Assembly: GCF_004010195.1 (NCBI RefSeq)
Contig: NC_057749.1
Location: 16,434,524-16,498,523, forward strand
Length of the DNA stretch: 64,000 bases
Reading direction: 5' to 3'
Source of the DNA: Chiloscyllium plagiosum
Taxonomy: Eukaryota
Made by a program: the position numbers and the translations under genes. The notes under the pieces are model-generated. The model was not told where the DNA came from and made no database searches. It saw nothing but the letters and a program-made list of their open reading frames with translations. This document shows positions 59,170-64,000 of this stretch, in pieces. Numbering within the stretch: the stretch's first letter is position 1; each line of letters opens with the position of its first letter.

Positions 59170-61080
59170 ATAGGAACATTGAATCAGGAATGGGCCATTC
59201 AGACCATAAAGCTTACCCAGCAGTTCGAGATGATGTGGGCGGCACGGTGGCGCAGTGGTTAGCACTGCTGCCTCACAGCGCCAGAGACTCGGGTTCAATT
59301 CCCGCCTCAGGTGACTGACTGTGTGGAGTTTGCACGTTCTCCCCGTGTCTGCGTGGGTTTCCTCCGGGTGCTCCGGTTTCCTCCTACAGTCCAAAGATGT
59401 GCAGGTCAGGTGAATTGGCCATGCTAAATTGCCCGTAGTGTTAGGTAAGGGGTAAATGTCGGGGTATGGGTGGGTTGCGCTTCGGCGGGTCGGTGTGGAC
59501 ATGTTGGGCCGAAGGGCCTGTTCCACTCTGTAATGTAATCTAATTTAATCTAATCTAATGTCCAATCATCTCCCCAAGCTACATTCCTGCTTTATCTCCA
59601 TATCTATTAATGTTAGTCATATCCAAAAAAACTACCAATCTCTGTCTTGAAAATGCTCAATGTTTGAGCTTCCACAGCTGTCTTGCCTAGAAAATTCCAA
59701 AGATTCACCATTGCCTGAATGAAGAAATCCTTTCTCATCTCAGTCTTAAATAGCCTGCCCCTTATCTTGAGATGATGTCCCTTGGTTCTAGATTCACCAG
59801 CCGGAGTGATATCCACTCTTCAAAACCAGAGAACACATGCCCAGGTCCCTCAGTTACTCCACATAACTGGTGAATTTCTGTTGCACTCCTTCTATGGAAA
59901 GTACACCTTTCTTTGGCTAAGGAGACCAAAACTGTACACAATATTCCAGGTGAGGTCAGAACAAGGCCCTGTCCAATTCCACTATCATTGCTGTGATACT
60001 TACATTAGCTCCCCTAACATAAGGATGAGACTTGGGAACATAATACTGAATAACAATGTTCCCTCACTACTGGGCAGGTCTGAGCACATCAATGCTGCAA
60101 GAGGACAGAACTCAGTAAGGTGGAGATGGGAAGCTTTTTACCATTAGGTGACATGCCATGTCGTGAGGATGTCATCATGGGTATGCCCCTTAAGGTACCA
60201 CATATTTGCAGCAAAATATCTTCACTTCTGTACCCAAATCCCCTTGAAATTAATGCCAACCTATTGTTTGCCTTCTGAATTGTTTGCAGAACCTGTACGC
60301 TAGTTTTTAGTGACCCATAGTCTAGGACACCCACATTTTACATTCTCTCACCATTTAAGAAATATTATATCATTTTTTCTACCACACAGCTTCATTAAAT
60401 TCCATCTATCTTAATTCAAAAGTGTTCACCATCCTGTGCAGGTCCTTTGAAGTCTCCTTGTGTCTGCCTCACAATTTAAATTCCCACCCAACAATTAACA
60501 AATTTGGAAATATAATGATTGGTCCCCACATCCAAATCATTGATACCCTGCCACTCTGAGAATGATCTATTTATTCCTACTCTCTGCTGTCTGTCTAACC
60601 AATTCTAAAGTCAAACTAGTATGTTTCTCCAATCCCATGCACTTTATTTTATTCACTAACCTCCTGTGTGGAACCTTATCAAAATCCTTGAAAATCCAAA
60701 TACATGACCTTGATAGGTTGTCCTTTCTCTATGGTACAAGTGAAATCCTCAAAAAACTCTAAGATGGTCAAACATGGTATTTTGTGTATAAACATGCTGA
60801 CTAAGCCCAATTTCATTTTCTAAATGTTCATTTATCACATCCTTCATAATACATTCTAACATTTTCCCTGTTATGGACGTCAAGCTAAAGGTCTGTAGTC
60901 CCCATTTGTTCTCTCTTCTTAAATAGTGGGGTTACAGTTGCAATCAGCAGGAAACTTTCCAGAATCTATAGAATTATGAAACAAAATGCATCCACCACTT
61001 CTATTACTACTTCCATCAACACTTTGGAATGCAACTCATCTGGTCCCAAAGATTCATCAACCCTCAATTCAACTCATTTT
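59170..61080 (-). mobile_element. CR1-clade LINE ORF2/3' remnant (host of the 59237 SINE)
   Basis: ESRTKGHHLKIRGRLFKTEMRKDFF..MVNLWN and KANNRLALISRGFGYRSEDILLQ on the minus strand. Confidence 0.75.
59237..59559 (+). mobile_element. Full-length, young HE1-type V-SINE
   Basis: A-box TGGCGCAGTGG, B-box GGTTCAATTCC (59292-59302), V-domain, CR1-like tail, (TAATC)n end; many CpGs intact. Confidence 0.9.
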
Positions 61081-61114
61081 TCATCCACTACCTCTTGACC
61101 AGTACAAACTTTTC

Positions 61115-61306
61115 TTTAGTCGAGAGTGTGGTGCTGGAAAAGCACAGCAGGTCAGGCAGCATCTGAGGAGCAGGAGAATCGATGTTTCAGGCAAAAGCCC
61201 TTCATCAGGAATTGGGAGCAGGAGAATTGACATTTCGGGCAAAAGCCCTTCATCAGGAATCTGGAGTCCATCAGATCTCCAGCATCTGCAGTCCTCACTT
61301 TCTCCT
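61115..61306 (-). mobile_element. Penelope-derived insertion (family A) with a tandem pair of hammerhead units
   Basis: Two units with 48-nt period at 61167-61212 and 61215-61260. Confidence 0.75.
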
Positions 61307-61789
61307 GGATTTAGACAATACAACAATAAATAACAGAACAAAATGCTGACAGGATGAGATGACATAGGGGAGGAGGTTCATGTTGAATATAAATACCAGG
61401 AATTGGTCTAAATGGACTGCATCTGTGCTGTATAATTCTATACAGTTCAATTAATAGAGATGGTTTAAGATATGGGCCAAATGCTGGCAAATAGGACTAG
61501 ATTAATTTAGAATATCTGGTCAGCGTCGACTTCTGTGCTGTACATCTCTATGACTCTAGGTTGGGATTAATCCTTTTGGAAATGCATGTGATTAAGGACA
61601 ACAACATATTTTCTGAAGTTATATATAGGCCAAACTGGATGGAAGATTTCCTTCACTAAAGGGCATGATTGATCCAGATAAATGTTTCTCACTTTGCAGA
61701 ATGATTCAATTATTGAGAGGAAACAAGTCAAAAATAAGTAGGTTAGGAGAGTGACTAGCAACAAATAGGATTAAAAAGGAGAATAAGTG

Positions 61790-63340
61790 TTAAAAAAGCT
61801 GGAATTAAAAGTTTCTATCTCAATGCATGTCAAATCTCAAAAGAAAATGATTGAAGTGAGTATACAAATTGAGGTAAAAGGATATGATTTAGTTGGCATT
61901 ACAGAGACCTGGCTACAGGGTGACCAGGACTGACAACTGAATATTCAAGGATCTGCTACATTTAGGAATGGTAGACAGAAAAGACACAGTTACCACACCT
62001 GGAATGGTGCATTGTAAAGGCATTTCTTCAACAGACGATCAAGATATAGATACCATGGAGCTTAGAATCAGTAAATGGAAGCAAACATTGGCAAGGTATT
62101 TTTAAAATTAATTCATGAAATATGGGGGTCACATGACATTTGTCCTTTCCAAATTGCCCAGATGCTGTTAAGAGTCAACCACATTGCTGTGGATCTCGAG
62201 TTATATATAGGCCAAACTGGATGGAAGATTTCCTTCACTAAAGGGCATGATTGAACCAAATGGGTTTTTAATAACAATTAATAGTGGTCACATGATTACC
62301 ACTAGACTTGCTTTTTATTCCAGATTTTTCCTGAAGTCAAATTTCACCAGTTGCTATGGTGAGATTTGAACCTCTGTCCAGGTCATTTGCCTAGGGTGCT
62401 GGGTCACCTAGTCTCTTCATATTACCACTACACCACCCCTCTCCCTTCTTCACAGAACATCAAACTGTTGAGTTCTCACTGGGCATGCTATAAATCAGGG
62501 GATTGGCGATGCTGGTCACATGGTTATACAATAATAATGGACAACTTCAAATTGCATATAGTCTGGTTTCACCAAGTCAGTGCTAATGCTTTGGGAAGTG
62601 AATTCCTGGAGCATGTATGAGATGGGTTCCTGGAACAGTATGTTGAGAAGCCAATTAAAGATCAAGTTGAATTTGGTGTTTTGTAATGAGAAAGGGCTTA
62701 TTAAAAACTTTGCAGGAAGGTAGTCTATCGTCATTAGTGACAATAATGTGACAGGATTTTACGTGAAGTTTGAATGTGACATAGTTCAGTCTGAAACTAA
62801 GATCTTAATTCTGAGCAAAGAAAACTATGAGGGTCTGAGAGGCAAAGTGGCTAGGTTGAATTGGGAAAATCTTTGAATAATTTTGATGGCAGCCAAACAA
62901 TGGCTAGTATTTAAAGAAACACCAAATGGTCTGTAACAGATATGCACTCCTCTAAGTCACATACACCCAAAGGGAAATTAACTCAACTATGGTTAACAAA
63001 ACACATCAAGATGCACTGGACCAAAGGAAGTGGCTTACAGGAATGTCAAAATAGGGTAAACCAAAGGATCAGGAACAATTCATGACTGAGCAAAGGATGA
63101 CCAAGAAACTGATAAGGAGAATATGAATATATGCTAGTGAGAAACACAAAGGCAAACTGTAAAAGCTTCTATCAATATATTAATGGGAAAACATTAGCAA
63201 GGATAAAGTATGGGCTAATTGCAGGCGGGGACTGGAGAATTTATAATGGAGAACAAACAATTACTTTGTGTTTGTCTGCTCAGAAGAAGATGCAGAAAAT
63301 GTCCCAGAAATTCTATGCGACCAAGGAATCTGTGTGACTG
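61790..63340 (+). mobile_element. CR1-clade LINE ORF2 endonuclease-region remnant, interrupted by a SINE at ~62100-62440
   Basis: YDLVGITETWLQGDQD (APE motif), DGFLEQYVEKP, SDNN and NCKSFYQYINGK; many stops. Confidence 0.7.
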
Positions 63341-63359
63341 AAAACTTTTTTTAAAAATT

Positions 63360-63520
63360 AGGTGAAGTGAGGGCTGCAGATGCTGGAGCTTCGAATCAAG
63401 AGTGCGGTGCTGGAAAAGCACAGCAGGTCAGGCAGCATCCAAGGAGCAGGAGAATCGACATTTCTGGCTTAAGCCCTTCATTCCTGATGAGGGACTTATG
63501 CCCAAAACATCGATACCTGT
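63360..63520. mobile_element. Penelope-derived insertion (family A) with two decayed hammerhead units in inverted orientation
   Basis: ...gaatcgacatttctggcttaagcccttcattcctgatgagggacttatgcccaaaacatcga. Confidence 0.65.
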
Positions 63521-63881
63521 TCCTTGGACACTTTTTGACTGTAAAAATCCAGGAGCTAATTAGCAGTAATTAATTGCACATGGGGTAAGTGTTCAAAGGG
63601 ACCATTTTCATGGCTGCAGTGGAATATTGGCTTTTATATAACACAGCACTGACCCAGGTGCTGCGTGGTGCTGGGTAACACTGTGGTTAGCACTGCTGCC
63701 TCACAGCACCAGGGACCCAGTGTCACAAAGCCAGTTCCTTTTTTCTAAAAGCTGTCCCTTTTCTCAGGGATACTATGCCCTTGGTTTTTTTCAGAGGGGT
63801 TGTAAATCACTCCCGGTGCTGATTAGACTGGTTTGGTACAGAGATTAAAGGGTATTGAGAGGCCTGTTTGTTTATATATTT

Positions 63882-64000
63882 GGGGTGGCATGGTGATTCA
63901 GTGGTTAACACTGCTGCCTTACAATGCCAGACACCTGAGTTCGATTCCAGCCTCGGATGACAGTGTGAAGTTTGCATATTCTTCCCGTGTCTGCGTGGGT
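63882..64000 (+). mobile_element. HE1-type V-SINE 5' part (runs off the window)
   Basis: ggtggcatggtgattcagtggttaacactgctgcc...gtttgcatattcttcccgtgtctgcgtgggt. Confidence 0.75.

Noticed and set aside
59237..59310. Additional tRNA gene
   Set aside because: It is the tRNA-derived head of the HE1 SINE and continues directly into the V-domain.

Overview
Eukaryotic, AT-rich vertebrate genomic DNA. The repeats (HE1-type V-SINE, Deu-domain SINE, CR1/HER1-like and Rex1-like LINEs, a 69-bp minisatellite) point to a shark or other elasmobranch; this is an inference. Three spliced protein-coding genes could be rebuilt by hand with GT-AG sites and consistent phases: CIB1 (+, 7 coding exons, 4597-12390, 189 aa), RCCD1 (-, 8 coding exons, 32811-17917, 398 aa) and UNC45A (-, 20 coding exons, 57724-35824, 935 aa). 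The window also holds a tRNA-Lys(CTT) copy with a T-loop C-to-T change, many LINE/SINE remnants, a CR1 ORF1 esterase fragment beside a 630-nt assembly gap, and three tandem arrays. The most interesting hidden layer is two families of short, non-coding, probably Penelope-derived insertions that carry minimal type-I hammerhead-ribozyme cores (CTGA[T/A]GA-A-stemII-GAA-palindrome-H). Two intact copies lie sense within RCCD1 introns, and one tandem pair has mutually complementary stem-III halves. All calls are by eye; no database search or folding program was run.
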